This document shows, one piece after another, positions 5,819-14,129 of a stretch of 21,983 bases of DNA. The notes under the pieces are model-generated. The model searched no databases, was not told where the DNA came from, and worked only from the letters and a program-made list of their open reading frames with translations. This stretch comes from a virus. Position 1 is the stretch's first letter, and every line of letters begins with the position of its first letter. The position numbers were made by a program, and so were the translations under genes. The DNA lies in UHGV virus genome UHGV-1604392. One strand, 5' to 3'.

Positions 5819-8178
5819 ATACCCAAAACGTCATGAGCTACACCTCGAGTGTCTCCCTTACAAGACACAGAACGTCTGGCAAAAAGAGGTTCCACTCTGA
5901 AGCCACTGTCATGATAAAGCTCTCTGATGTTTGGCGCGCCACTGTTAGTAATGAGAACCTTTGCACCTCGACGATGAGCATCCGTCAACAGAGACACCAG
6001 GCGTTTTTGCTCTTCAAACTTAAAGTCATGACCGGAATAGTTCGTGAATCCCTCTGTATTTGGAAGCGGTTCATACGGCGGATCGCAAAAGATGACATCT
6101 CCTTCTCCGGCAGCTTCAATCACCGCTGCAAAATCACCGCATACAAACTCAGACCGCCCTTCCGCACCGAGGAAGGCTTCCATCTCCTGTAATGGGAAAT
6201 ACGGAGTTTTATACTTCCCATAACCGACATTGAACTCACCGGCCTGGTTGTAGCGCGTCAATCCGTTAAAACAATGTCGGTTCAGGAACAAAAACGCCGC
6301 TGCGCGATGTAAATCATCATAGACTTGTTTGTTAAACGCATTCCGTACTGCCAGGTATCCTTCCTGTGTGTTGTAGTCCTGGAAGAAACGATGTGCCAGA
6401 GTGATAAGTGAATGCGCCTCGCGTTGCAGAGTCTTGTAAAAGTTAATCAGGTCAGCATTCACATCATTTAGCAGATTTTCCTGGTATCCGGCATTCATGA
6501 AGACAGCTCCGCCACCAACGAAAGGTTCAATCAAGCGCTTCCCTTCTGGCAAATAGCGAAAGATTTGTTCCAGAACACCAAATTTTCCACCAGCCCATTT
6601 GAATATAGACCGTTCGAATTCTGCCGCTGGTTTAACTTTTCGCTCTTTTGTTTCACTTCCTTCTTTCTGCCGACATACGGCCTTAGTAATCTGATCGCCA
6701 ATCCAGCGCATTACTGGTATTGCCATACTATTGCCGATCGCTTTGTAACGCGGTCCGTCAGCTGCAAGCATCGCGGCCTCTTCTTCGCTTAAATCTGGAT
6801 AGTGATTGCGAAGATATGCCAGTTCATCTGAATTAACTTTTTTACGCTTTTCCGTAGGGATCAACGTATGCCCATCAGGAAAACCTTGCAGCCTTTCACA
6901 TTCGACAGGGGTAAGACGGCGGACAGCTACTTCTGCGTTTCTTACTTCATAGCAAACAGCTGTTGGATTTTTAGCCATTAGAGATGGTGAAGTATTCTTA
7001 GTTGCAGCATGTTGTGTACCGCTCATACGCTCAGGAAAAGCCAATGTAACAAGATGCTCATGGCTTTCTTGCTCACGTGCCCGCAATGTACCATGCCCTT
7101 CTGACCAAAAACCTGCTCCTGTGCTGCTAAAAACGGCAAGATCAGTGGCATCTTTAAAATCTCTTGCCTTTACTGTCGATGCGGTTTCATCGTCAATATA
7201 TTCCCCAAATGCTGCCATCCTGAAAGCGTTTACGGCTTTCGTCGATTTCATACCGGGTGGCATGTCAGCGTGTAGGCATGGATTTAGGCTTTCGCCACTG
7301 ATTGCAGCGCCATTTGCAATAATGGCGGAAGCGATTTCCTTCTTTTTTCGGCTCGGCGCAATATTCCGGCGCACGCCTTCGAACTCAAAAAGTACCGTTG
7401 CGGGATCGAGGTCTGTTCGAGCACTTGCGACAACAAACACGCATCGGCGTCGTTGTGCCACTCCGAAGTATTGGGCATCAAGGATTCTCCAGGCCACTTT
7501 TCGCTGCGGTCCATAAATACAACCACACTGCGGCCACTTTGGAGCATGGCAACCGGTTTTGATATCCCACCGCCAGAACGCGTTACTTTTTCCTGATTCA
7601 GGTCGATCACCTGGTTCGAATGGCGCATCTTCTCCAGCCAATCCGGCAAGGAAACATCCGAAGGCGTTATCTGCCGATGACAAGACTCCTGGGACATTTT
7701 CCCAGACGATAACGGCTGGTTTGAGAAATGACTCAGCCCGTTTGTCGTCAATTGCATTTGCAAGCTCCACATACTTTAAAGTTAGCGCGCCACGCTCATC
7801 ATCAAGCCCACCACGTAATCCAGCGATACTGAATGCCTGACAGTTATGGACCACCGCACCATTGAGGATATAGGAATGATCACCTTCGACTTCTATGTTG
7901 TATACAGTATCTAGGCCTACCGATTTAAACTCTTTGACTGTTCGTAAAAGCATTCCATGAGCCAATCTTGATTTACGTGACAATTTCTGCGGGCAGATTG
8001 TTACCTGATAATAATTCCGTTGATTTACCACGCGATCCTCAATCACTTTTTTGGGCTCAACTTCAATAAAGCTGACCGAAGAAACATAACCACAAGTCTG
8101 TGACAACTCCGCAACGCCCCAAGCAATACTCGCGGCTTCAATTCCACTGCAAACAGATCCATAGCACAGCTCTTTCAC
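5809..8178 (-). CDS. dmt: Bifunctional DNA methyltransferase: N-terminal C5-cytosine MTase domain fused to C-terminal Dam-like N6-adenine MTase domain (P1 Dmt-like)
   Basis: C5 motifs [42 protein letters not shown] and catalytic NCQ; C-terminal [15 protein letters not shown] and DPPY motifs of Dam-type enzymes. GTG start overlaps the stop of the upstream rdgC-like gene. Confidence 0.85.
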   Translation of the reverse strand: MKELCYGSVCSGIEAASIAWGVAELSQTCGYVSSVSFIEVEPKKVIEDRVVNQRNYYQVTICPQKLSRKSRLAHGMLLRTVKEFKSVGLDTVYNIEVEGDHSYILNGAVVHNCQAFSIAGLRGGLDDERGALTLKYVELANAIDDKRAESFLKPAVIVWENVPGVLSSADNAFGCFLAGLAGEDAPFEPGDRPESGKSNAFWRWDIKTGCHAPKWPQCGCIYGPQRKVAWRILDAQYFGVAQRRRCVFVVASARTDLDPATVLFEFEGVRRNIAPSRKKKEIASAIIANGAAISGESLNPCLHADMPPGMKSTKAVNAFRMAAFGEYIDDETASTVKARDFKDATDLAVFSSTGAGFWSEGHGTLRAREQESHEHLVTLAFPERMSGTQHAATKNTSPSLMAKNPTAVCYEVRNAEVAVRRLTPVECERLQGFPDGHTLIPTEKRKKVNSDELAYLRNHYPDLSEEEAAMLAADGPRYKAIGNSMAIPVMRWIGDQITKAVCRQKEGSETKERKVKPAAEFERSIFKWAGGKFGVLEQIFRYLPEGKRLIEPFVGGGAVFMNAGYQENLLNDVNADLINFYKTLQREAHSLITLAHRFFQDYNTQEGYLAVRNAFNKQVYDDLHRAAAFLFLNRHCFNGLTRYNQAGEFNVGYGKYKTPYFPLQEMEAFLGAEGRSEFVCGDFAAVIEAAGEGDVIFCDPPYEPLPNTEGFTNYSGHDFKFEEQKRLVSLLTDAHRRGAKVLITNSGAPNIRELYHDSGFRVEPLFARRSVSCKGDTRGVAHDVLGILL

Positions 8179-9080
8179 TGCTTAGCCTCTCCACCAAGGG
8201 CATTTACCAGAGCATCAACCAGGCACGAAATTTCACTGGTCAACAGGAAGAAATCTGCGTCCAGTCGCTGCGCAACATCTTCACTATCAATATCAGAGTT
8301 CTGCTCAAGCAATTCATCCGCAAATTTGACGCTGGTAAGGCTGAAGTTATGGTCCAGTGTAAATTTAATGCGGTTCTGCCAGTCGAGTGCCAACTTAGTG
8401 ACGAGCTTGCCAGCTTCCAGGTGTGTGGAAATTTCATCGCTTCCCAAATCCTGCTTTTTCACTCGGGCAATACCGCCATCCTCAAGCACTGCCTTAAGTT
8501 CTGCCGCATCCCCCATTTGAAATCCCTGTGGAGCACTACCATCACGTACCCAGTCGGTCAGCGTTAATTCAATGGGATTTTCAACACTCAGGGGAACAAC
8601 AGGAAGAGAACCCAGAGACTTACGCATAAGCGCGAGCATATCCTCTGCCTGCCGCGCGCTGGCATTGATATAGATACGTTTAGTTGAACCATCGTAGATC
8701 GCCTGGATAACAGAAAACTTTGAAAAAGCCCGTGGCAGAAGAGAATGCAGAACTTCGTCTTTCAGGGAATCCTTCTCTGTTTTCTTCAGTTTACGCGCTT
8801 GTTCTTGCTCAAGTTTTTCAATTTTTTCTTGAATAGCTCGCTGGATAACCGGCGGGGGAAGAATTTTTGTTTCGCGCTTTGCTTCAACAAGGATAAAACC
8901 ATTTCCATGCATAGCGATAACTTCGGAATTATCACCAAATGGCGATACAAAACCGAACTTGGCCATATCCTGACTACCGCATGGCGTGAAAAGGATCATT
9001 TTCTTTTTATCTTCTAAGTCGGTCAGATCCGCCTCACGAGAAAGTTTATAAATAGTAATGTTTTTCCAGTGCTTAAACAT
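8175..9080 (-). CDS. rdgC: RdgC-family recombination-associated DNA-binding protein homologue (302 aa from ATG at 9080)
   Basis: Strong similarity to E. coli RdgC as I recall it ([13 protein letters not shown]..., [13 protein letters not shown]..., [27 protein letters not shown]..., [10 protein letters not shown]...). The ORF-track start at 9194 is an upstream extension. Confidence 0.85.
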   Translation of the reverse strand: MFKHWKNITIYKLSREADLTDLEDKKKMILFTPCGSQDMAKFGFVSPFGDNSEVIAMHGNGFILVEAKRETKILPPPVIQRAIQEKIEKLEQEQARKLKKTEKDSLKDEVLHSLLPRAFSKFSVIQAIYDGSTKRIYINASARQAEDMLALMRKSLGSLPVVPLSVENPIELTLTDWVRDGSAPQGFQMGDAAELKAVLEDGGIARVKKQDLGSDEISTHLEAGKLVTKLALDWQNRIKFTLDHNFSLTSVKFADELLEQNSDIDSEDVAQRLDADFFLLTSEISCLVDALVNALGGEAKQ

Positions 9081-9357
9081 GTTGTAACCCTTGAATATCA
9101 ACCACAGAAAGCTCGTCTTTGTAGAAAAAGGCCAGGTTGTGGCCCCCCCTCGTTTGAGCGTATGAGCTGGGACCAATTTCGTTCTTCCAGACAAATGGCT
9201 TTAAATCCGTACGGCGAAGCATAAAAACGCGATTTGTTCCGCTCTGATTCCCAATGAGGCAAAAGCCTTCTTTCACCTTGATAGCCTGCAAGTTGTCGAG
9301 TTCACCGCTGGTTACACGGCTATCGAACTCCTTGCGGCTTATTAGCTCCATCTGCAT
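9073..9357 (-). CDS. 94-aa protein of unknown function, first gene of the rdgC-dmt operon
   Basis: ATG at 9357 with GGAG 7 nt upstream; lies downstream of an operator-like site; overlaps the rdgC start by 8 nt. Confidence 0.5.
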   Translation of the reverse strand: MQMELISRKEFDSRVTSGELDNLQAIKVKEGFCLIGNQSGTNRVFMLRRTDLKPFVWKNEIGPSSYAQTRGGHNLAFFYKDELSVVDIQGLQHV

Positions 9358-9428
9358 CTGACGACTCCAAACAAATGCCCATTGAAGGGCGATGGCTGAA
9401 TGGTACCGAAAACACGACATAAAAAACA

Positions 9429-9445
9429 ATATTTATTAGAGCAAT
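9429..9445 (-). promoter_or_regulatory. C1-operator-like site (reverse complement ATTGCTCTAATAAATaTT) with TTGCTC-17nt-TATGTC promoter-like elements
   Basis: Same 17-mer as at 1368-1384; sits between the divergent minus- and plus-strand operons. Confidence 0.6.
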
Positions 9446-9525
9446 TATGCAATAGTTAACGCCATGTAGACCACAAGTAACCTAAGTTAAAATAACGAAA
9501 ACCAGAGCAAATAATTGGTGATGAC

Positions 9526-9810
9526 GTGGCAAGTATTGCAACAAAAGACAGCATTTGTTCGGGGCACGGAGGATTCCCATCCAGGCCTCCTGTAGAGAGT
9601 GAACCACTACTTAAAGTCAACGGAGTCGAAGTGTTAGTTGATGGTAAGCAATATGCACAGCATACCGATGGAAACAGTACGCACGGTGGGCAAGCTATAT
9701 CAACCAGGGCATGGTTTACCGTCAATGGTAAAGGGGTCGTATGCGTTGGTGACCCTGTTTCATGCGGCTCTACCGTAGCGTCAGGAGACGGCCTGGTTCA
9801 GGTAAGTTAG
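9526..9810 (+). CDS. PAAR-like small beta-rich protein (94 aa)
   Basis: Repeats of VNG...V.VGD strands (LKVNGVEVLVDG, FTVNGKGVVCVGD) plus CSGHGG and THGG motifs resembling PAAR spike-tip proteins; GTG start. Confidence 0.45.
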   Translation: MASIATKDSICSGHGGFPSRPPVESEPLLKVNGVEVLVDGKQYAQHTDGNSTHGGQAISTRAWFTVNGKGVVCVGDPVSCGSTVASGDGLVQVS

Positions 9811-9818
9811 GAGATATC

Positions 9819-10607
9819 ATGCTGGAAAAAGACTACCAGTTATCCGCATATAAAAAATTGGCCGCTGCCGGTGGGATGAAAACACCTGGTGCCATAACAT
9901 CGGCACGAAACAGTGCTAACACGGCAAAACAGCTTGCAGAAGAATTGACCGGATTAATTTTGGATACAATTGTCTATCCCGACACTATTACCAGCTATGT
10001 TTCAACGATCAGAACAACCACAGCCGGCTTAACGAACATTGGAGAACTGGCAACTAAGCACGCGGACCTGTTGGCTGGTTATGCAGATCTGTCAATGCTG
10101 CTTCAACTCGATATTGGTTGGGATGTTTACTGCCGTGCTAATGAGCGAGAAGTTTCAGAACTGCCAATCTCTATTGCCATTGGTGATGTGACTATTACTA
10201 AATCGCTTGAGGACGCTGTAAACGCGCTTAATACATCAAGTTTAGTCGCTGCTATGGGGGAGATTAACCAGACCCTTAACACTGGCTCTGAAAGCTCGTC
10301 AGGTACTGGTTCAGGCGGCGGCACTGCCATTCCCCCACCAGCACTAACAGAAAAGCAAATTGAAGCTCTGAAAGTAGCAACTGAACAGTTTGGGGGAGTT
10401 TTCAACCAAACAACAGCGCCCACAGTTGCATTGCAACAGCAGTATGAACGGGCGAAGGAAAGCGCCAGCATAGCCATAACTGCTTATGGCCATGCTATTG
10501 GTACCGCGCTTGCGGAAGCATCAGCAAATAAGACCAGCACAGCCAGCGCAGTCGCCGCTTTGGTTCCTGATTCTGTTCTTGATGAATTAAACAAAGCGGC
10601 ACAGTAA
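9819..10607 (+). CDS. 262-aa protein of unknown function with an internal Gly/Ser-rich linker (SESSSGTGSGGGTAIPPP)
   Basis: ATG at 9819 with AGGAG 6 nt upstream, 8 nt after the previous stop; no catalytic motif recognised. Confidence 0.6.
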   Translation: MLEKDYQLSAYKKLAAAGGMKTPGAITSARNSANTAKQLAEELTGLILDTIVYPDTITSYVSTIRTTTAGLTNIGELATKHADLLAGYADLSMLLQLDIGWDVYCRANEREVSELPISIAIGDVTITKSLEDAVNALNTSSLVAAMGEINQTLNTGSESSSGTGSGGGTAIPPPALTEKQIEALKVATEQFGGVFNQTTAPTVALQQQYERAKESASIAITAYGHAIGTALAEASANKTSTASAVAALVPDSVLDELNKAAQ

Positions 10608-10646
10608 CAAAGGACTTCATTGATAATTTTTCTTCAGGAGGAAGAC

Positions 10647-11069
10647 ATGTCATTCTTTTCTACGTTAAAAACAGCTTTGTCTTTGAAGGAGAAACTTGCT
10701 GCTACTGGTGTTCTTGTTCTGATTTGCGCACTTGTTGGTGCTGGGTTTGCGTGGGAACGTCATCAGCTAAAGCAAGCCATGGAGAAAATTGGCAGTCTTG
10801 ATCAGGCTGTTAAGGAACGTGATAAGTCAATAATGGATCTTAACCAGACCATTGAGACGATGAACAAAGCAGAGCAACATTTTCACAGCCAGGAAGTGAA
10901 AAATGAATCAGAACAAGCCAAGTATGCTGACAGGCAAATGGAACGAAAAGCTGAAGTTCAGAAACAACTTGTTGCGGCGGGTAATGTTCGCCAGCGTATT
11001 CCTGCTGACACTCAGCGGTTGCTCCGGGAGTCGATCAGCGAATTTAACGCCGACGCCGACAAAGGTTAA
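10647..11069 (+). CDS. i-spanin-like protein: N-terminal transmembrane helix followed by periplasmic coiled coil (Rz-like)
   Basis: ATG with AGGAGG upstream; hydrophobic segment TGVLVLICALVGAGFAW then charged coiled-coil region; C-terminal ...RQRIPADTQRLLRESI resembles Rz C-termini. Confidence 0.55.
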   Translation: MSFFSTLKTALSLKEKLAATGVLVLICALVGAGFAWERHQLKQAMEKIGSLDQAVKERDKSIMDLNQTIETMNKAEQHFHSQEVKNESEQAKYADRQMERKAEVQKQLVAAGNVRQRIPADTQRLLRESISEFNADADKG

Positions 11070-11235
11070 CCACCCTGCCCCAAAAAGTGCATTTATGTGC
11101 AGGATGCCAGAGTTTAGCAGTGAATATTTTGATGATCTGCCAGCGTATATCCTCGATACAGAAACGATGCTGATGGGGATTAACAGGAAGAATCACAACG
11201 TTAATGATTACAACCGAGCTATTAGCGGTAACTAA
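10984..11235 (+). CDS. o-spanin-like outer-membrane lipoprotein (Rz1-like), +1 frame, overlapping the 3' end of the i-spanin-like gene
   Basis: Signal peptide with lipobox LTLSGC (MFASVFLLTLSGCSGS...), Pro-rich mature region; overlapped out-of-frame arrangement. Confidence 0.5.
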   Translation: MFASVFLLTLSGCSGSRSANLTPTPTKVNHPAPKSAFMCRMPEFSSEYFDDLPAYILDTETMLMGINRKNHNVNDYNRAISGN

Positions 11236-11246
11236 AAGGGATTTTT

Positions 11247-11639
11247 ATGTCTGATAAAGTAACAGTAAAGCAAACTATCAACAAAGCGACTTCAATCTAC
11301 AAAATTGAGCAAATCACTGTTGGCAAGCCAGGATCTGAACAATACCGTCGTGCTTTCGAGCTTGCCGATCAGCTTGGTTTAAAATACCCGGATTGCATCG
11401 AGCATGTATTTCCGACCTATGCTGATGAGCAATGTACTCATGTTCTTACCGAAGAGGATTTTTTCAGCACTGAAGAACGAGAAGGCGTTGATCGCTGCAT
11501 TGGTGTGATTTGCTCTTCAGTGAGTTATGAGTTATTCCCTAATGTCCATGAAGATGGTGGTATTGGATACCAATTCCTGTACGAAGGCGATGAGCTTAAA
11601 TGTTATGAACATGGTCTTCTTATCGAAAGCGTAGAATAA
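11247..11639 (+). CDS. 130-aa acidic protein with five scattered Cys, unknown function
   Basis: ATG with AAGGGA upstream; last gene before a terminator and the plasmid origin. Confidence 0.6.
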   Translation: MSDKVTVKQTINKATSIYKIEQITVGKPGSEQYRRAFELADQLGLKYPDCIEHVFPTYADEQCTHVLTEEDFFSTEEREGVDRCIGVICSSVSYELFPNVHEDGGIGYQFLYEGDELKCYEHGLLIESVE

Positions 11640-11651
11640 TATGACTTCCTT

Positions 11652-11680
11652 CCAACCGGCTTTGTTGGCCGGTTTATTCA
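11652..11680 (+). terminator. Rho-independent terminator (stem aaccggc/gccggtt followed by TTTATT)
   Basis: Inverted repeat plus T-rich tail directly after the 130-aa gene stop. Confidence 0.5.
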
Positions 11681-11683
11681 ACT

Positions 11684-11760
11684 TATCCACAGCATAGATC
11701 CAATAAACAGATCCTAAAGAGAACCTAGGAAGATCCAAAGAAGATCCCGGATCGCTGTAA
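11684..11760. promoter_or_regulatory. Plasmid origin core: consensus DnaA box TTATCCACA (about 11684-11692) followed by a cluster of five GATC (Dam) sites in AGATCC-type repeats
   Basis: Organisation matches the P1 oriR layout (DnaA box, GATC heptamers, then iterons). Confidence 0.55.
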
Positions 11761-11794
11761 GCCGCGTCATTACTGGCCTGAAATGGGATCAACA

Positions 11795-11898
11795 TTGACT
11801 ATACGCGATTTTATGTTGACTGTGCACGATTTATTGTTGACTGCACGCGATTTATTGTTGACTATACGCGACAGAAACATTGACTGTAAGCGATTTTA
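11795..11898 (+). repeat. incC-type iterons: five direct repeats of about 19 bp (TTGACTryrCGCGATTT-like) at 21-22-bp spacing, upstream of repA
   Basis: Repeat starts at about 11795, 11816, 11837, 11858 and 11880, read from sequence. Confidence 0.8.
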
Positions 11899-11974
11899 GA
11901 GTCTGAATATTCACAGCTGTTGATAACAGCCATCCAAATTGACGTCAGGCCGCGCCACACATGGAGAAACTGCG

Positions 11975-12859
11975 ATGCCGGAAGAAAGTAAAGGCTTCCT
12001 TAGCGTTGAAGAAGTTGCAGGAAATACAGGAGAAATCCACAGCCTGAAGCCCAATAACAACAGCACTATACAACCCATCGCTTTGTTGCGCTTAGGTGTG
12101 TTTGTGCCAACCTTAAAATCTACCAATGTGGCGCTACGTCGCGGATCGTCAGTTACTACAAACACAACGAACGCAACCGAAGAACTATCAAGCCTCAAAA
12201 TTGTTGAGCAGGAAGGCTATGAGGGAATTGAAATTCATGGTCCACGCCTGGATATGGATACTGATTTTAAGGTGTGGGTGGGCATAACCTCCGCGTTGTT
12301 TGACTACGCACCTGATGATGACGGCATAATCACCCTGCCATTCTCCGAGTTTGCCGATCGATGCGGCTATCCACGTAAGCGCCTTTCAAAGGCGTTCCGT
12401 AAAAGTATTGATGACTCTCTGACACGCATTCAGCAGACAGTTGTCAAATTCCGCTTCCCGGCGGCAAAAGGTCATCTCAATAACATTAACGTCAACTTGT
12501 TGGCATATAGCAGCCTGAATACCGAGCTTGATGTTATCGAGATCCAGCCGCAGAAACAGCTATCTGAACTTTACTATGTTGACTATAAGCGAATCCTGAA
12601 GCTGAAGATGCTGGATAAACTAGGGCGCAAAGAGACGGCCAAGGTACTGTATACATTCTTTGAGGCTCTACCCGCCAACCCGGCACCTGTCAGCATTGAG
12701 CGCCTTAGAGCGAGGCTTAATCTCAAATCATCCGTTAGCGTGCAAAATAGCGTTATCAGAAAAGCCATGAAAGATTTGGAAGCTATTGAATATCTTAAAT
12801 TTTCAGAGATAAAAAACGGCAGGAAAATCGGCTTCCAGATCCATAAGCGCAATCCATAA
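11975..12859 (+). CDS. repA: Replication initiator RepA (P1 RepA family), about 294 aa from ATG at 11975
   Basis: Flanked by iterons on both sides; LRLGVFVP and GPRLDMDTDFKVW segments match P1 RepA as I recall it; GGAGAAA 8 nt upstream of the ATG. The ORF-track start at 11939 is a TTG inside the iteron region. Confidence 0.85.
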   Translation: MPEESKGFLSVEEVAGNTGEIHSLKPNNNSTIQPIALLRLGVFVPTLKSTNVALRRGSSVTTNTTNATEELSSLKIVEQEGYEGIEIHGPRLDMDTDFKVWVGITSALFDYAPDDDGIITLPFSEFADRCGYPRKRLSKAFRKSIDDSLTRIQQTVVKFRFPAAKGHLNNINVNLLAYSSLNTELDVIEIQPQKQLSELYYVDYKRILKLKMLDKLGRKETAKVLYTFFEALPANPAPVSIERLRARLNLKSSVSVQNSVIRKAMKDLEAIEYLKFSEIKNGRKIGFQIHKRNP

Positions 12860-12861
12860 TA

Positions 12862-13118
12862 TTGACTATATGCGATAGCGAGAAGTTGACTATAGGCGAC
12901 ATTCGTTGACGCTGGTGGATTTTTGCTGGCGTCAATATTCTGCAAGTCGCTATTGAGATGGCTTTTAGGGGCATTTCATCGCGTATAGTCAACGTTTCTC
13001 CCGACAATATCTTACATAGTCGATCTTTGGTGGAGTTAAATCGACTACAGTCAACTTTTGACTGTAGGCACATCGCGCATAGTCAACTATTCACATTAAC
13101 CTTCGCGCATAGTCAACA
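12862..13118. repeat. incA-type iteron array: about nine copies of the same motif in both orientations (TTGACTATA... and ...TATAGTCAA), downstream of repA
   Basis: Copies counted by eye, starting at about 12862 and ending at about 13118. Confidence 0.75.
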
Positions 13119-13151
13119 TTTGCGCGGTTCTCATCAAGCAGTGGTATTGAT

Positions 13152-13961
13152 ATGCAAGAAGAGAAACAACACTACCTCTACGTTCTGGTGCCAGAGAACG
13201 GAGATACTTTTAAAATCGGCATTTCATGTGGTCCATTGGCACGGTTTAAAGGGCTACAAGTGAGTCCCGATTTTGCGCTTTCACGGGTCTATCGTGGTAC
13301 GCGTTTGGCAATGGTTAATCTTGAGCGGGCTTTACACGCAACCTTTTTCCCCTGGAATGCGCCGTGGGAGAAAAGCGCCGGTGGCGGGCATACTGAATGG
13401 TTTACACGAGAGTGTCTTGATAAGGTTTTGGCTTATATCGAATATCTAAATGATATGTGGGGAGGGATTCTCGAGCGCATTAAGTCGAATGATTTACTTC
13501 AGCGTCCAGTAGATGCTGCTTGCTCTTTCGAAAAAGAGCTGGATGTTACTTCTATCGTGACTTTCAAAGATGACGCAGGAATGAGGGACGTGGCTTATGT
13601 CTCCATATCTGGCTATGAACCGGACGCGATCCGCGCTCAATGTGAATTGCTGAAAGCAATGTTTATGCTTCGGACTAAATATCCCTGGGATACAGGGCGG
13701 GTGTGCTTCCCTATGGAAGAGTTAACCGCCACCATTGATTCCCAGCTTTACCACGATAATCCAGAGAAGTTTTTTAGCCTTTTAGCCGATAATGGGCTTA
13801 ACTGTGTGTCCGGGCTGGGGCGAAGTAGAATCCAACATGCCTCGCTCTTCGGTCCCTTCTTTTACGATCGACACGGGTACTTTGAGGCTGAACTTCCGGC
13901 GCTTACGCGTGCTATAGATACTATCGATTTCGAACGATTATTCGCTGCTCTTAGCAAATAA
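13152..13961 (+). CDS. T5orf172/GIY-YIG-superfamily domain protein (N-terminal ~100 aa) with C-terminal domain of unknown function, 269 aa
   Basis: YLYVL...(10 aa)...KIGIS spacing typical of GIY-x10-YIG, Arg 8 residues later (GPLAR), then ...NLERALH...TEWF; followed by its own terminator. Confidence 0.65.
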   Translation: MQEEKQHYLYVLVPENGDTFKIGISCGPLARFKGLQVSPDFALSRVYRGTRLAMVNLERALHATFFPWNAPWEKSAGGGHTEWFTRECLDKVLAYIEYLNDMWGGILERIKSNDLLQRPVDAACSFEKELDVTSIVTFKDDAGMRDVAYVSISGYEPDAIRAQCELLKAMFMLRTKYPWDTGRVCFPMEELTATIDSQLYHDNPEKFFSLLADNGLNCVSGLGRSRIQHASLFGPFFYDRHGYFEAELPALTRAIDTIDFERLFAALSK

Positions 13962-13965
13962 CACT

Positions 13966-13990
13966 GATGCCCCTGAACGGGGCTTTTTTG
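13966..13990 (+). terminator. Rho-independent terminator (GCCCC-tgaac-GGGGC followed by TTTTTT)
   Basis: Read directly from sequence, 5 nt after the stop codon. Confidence 0.7.
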
Positions 13991-14129
13991 TGCCCTCCTT
14001 GTAACTCTCAATCGTGCAAAATGAACCAAACATGCAGAGAATGCTATGTACAAGCATCTACGCATACATTATTATTTTATGCAGCATTTTTAATTAAATT
14101 CAAAAATACAGCATAAAGGATGACTTTCG

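Noticed and set aside
7740-7900. Possible intein in the methyltransferase, because ...GAVVHN precedes CQ (inteins end in HN followed by Cys)
   Set aside because: The insert between methyltransferase motifs I and IV would be under 100 aa and has no intein N-terminal block; NCQAFSIAG aligns as a divergent PCQ motif IV, so this is an ordinary catalytic loop.
10880-11069. Programmed frameshift linking the i-spanin-like and o-spanin-like frames
   Set aside because: The downstream frame has its own ATG and a complete lipoprotein signal peptide, so it is an overlapping separate gene rather than a frameshift product.
12958-13263. 101-aa ORF across the incA iteron array, and the extended repA ORF starting at 11939
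   Set aside because: Both run through iteron repeats; the real repA start is the ATG at 11975 with a ribosome-binding site, and the incA ORF is a by-product of repeat sequence.
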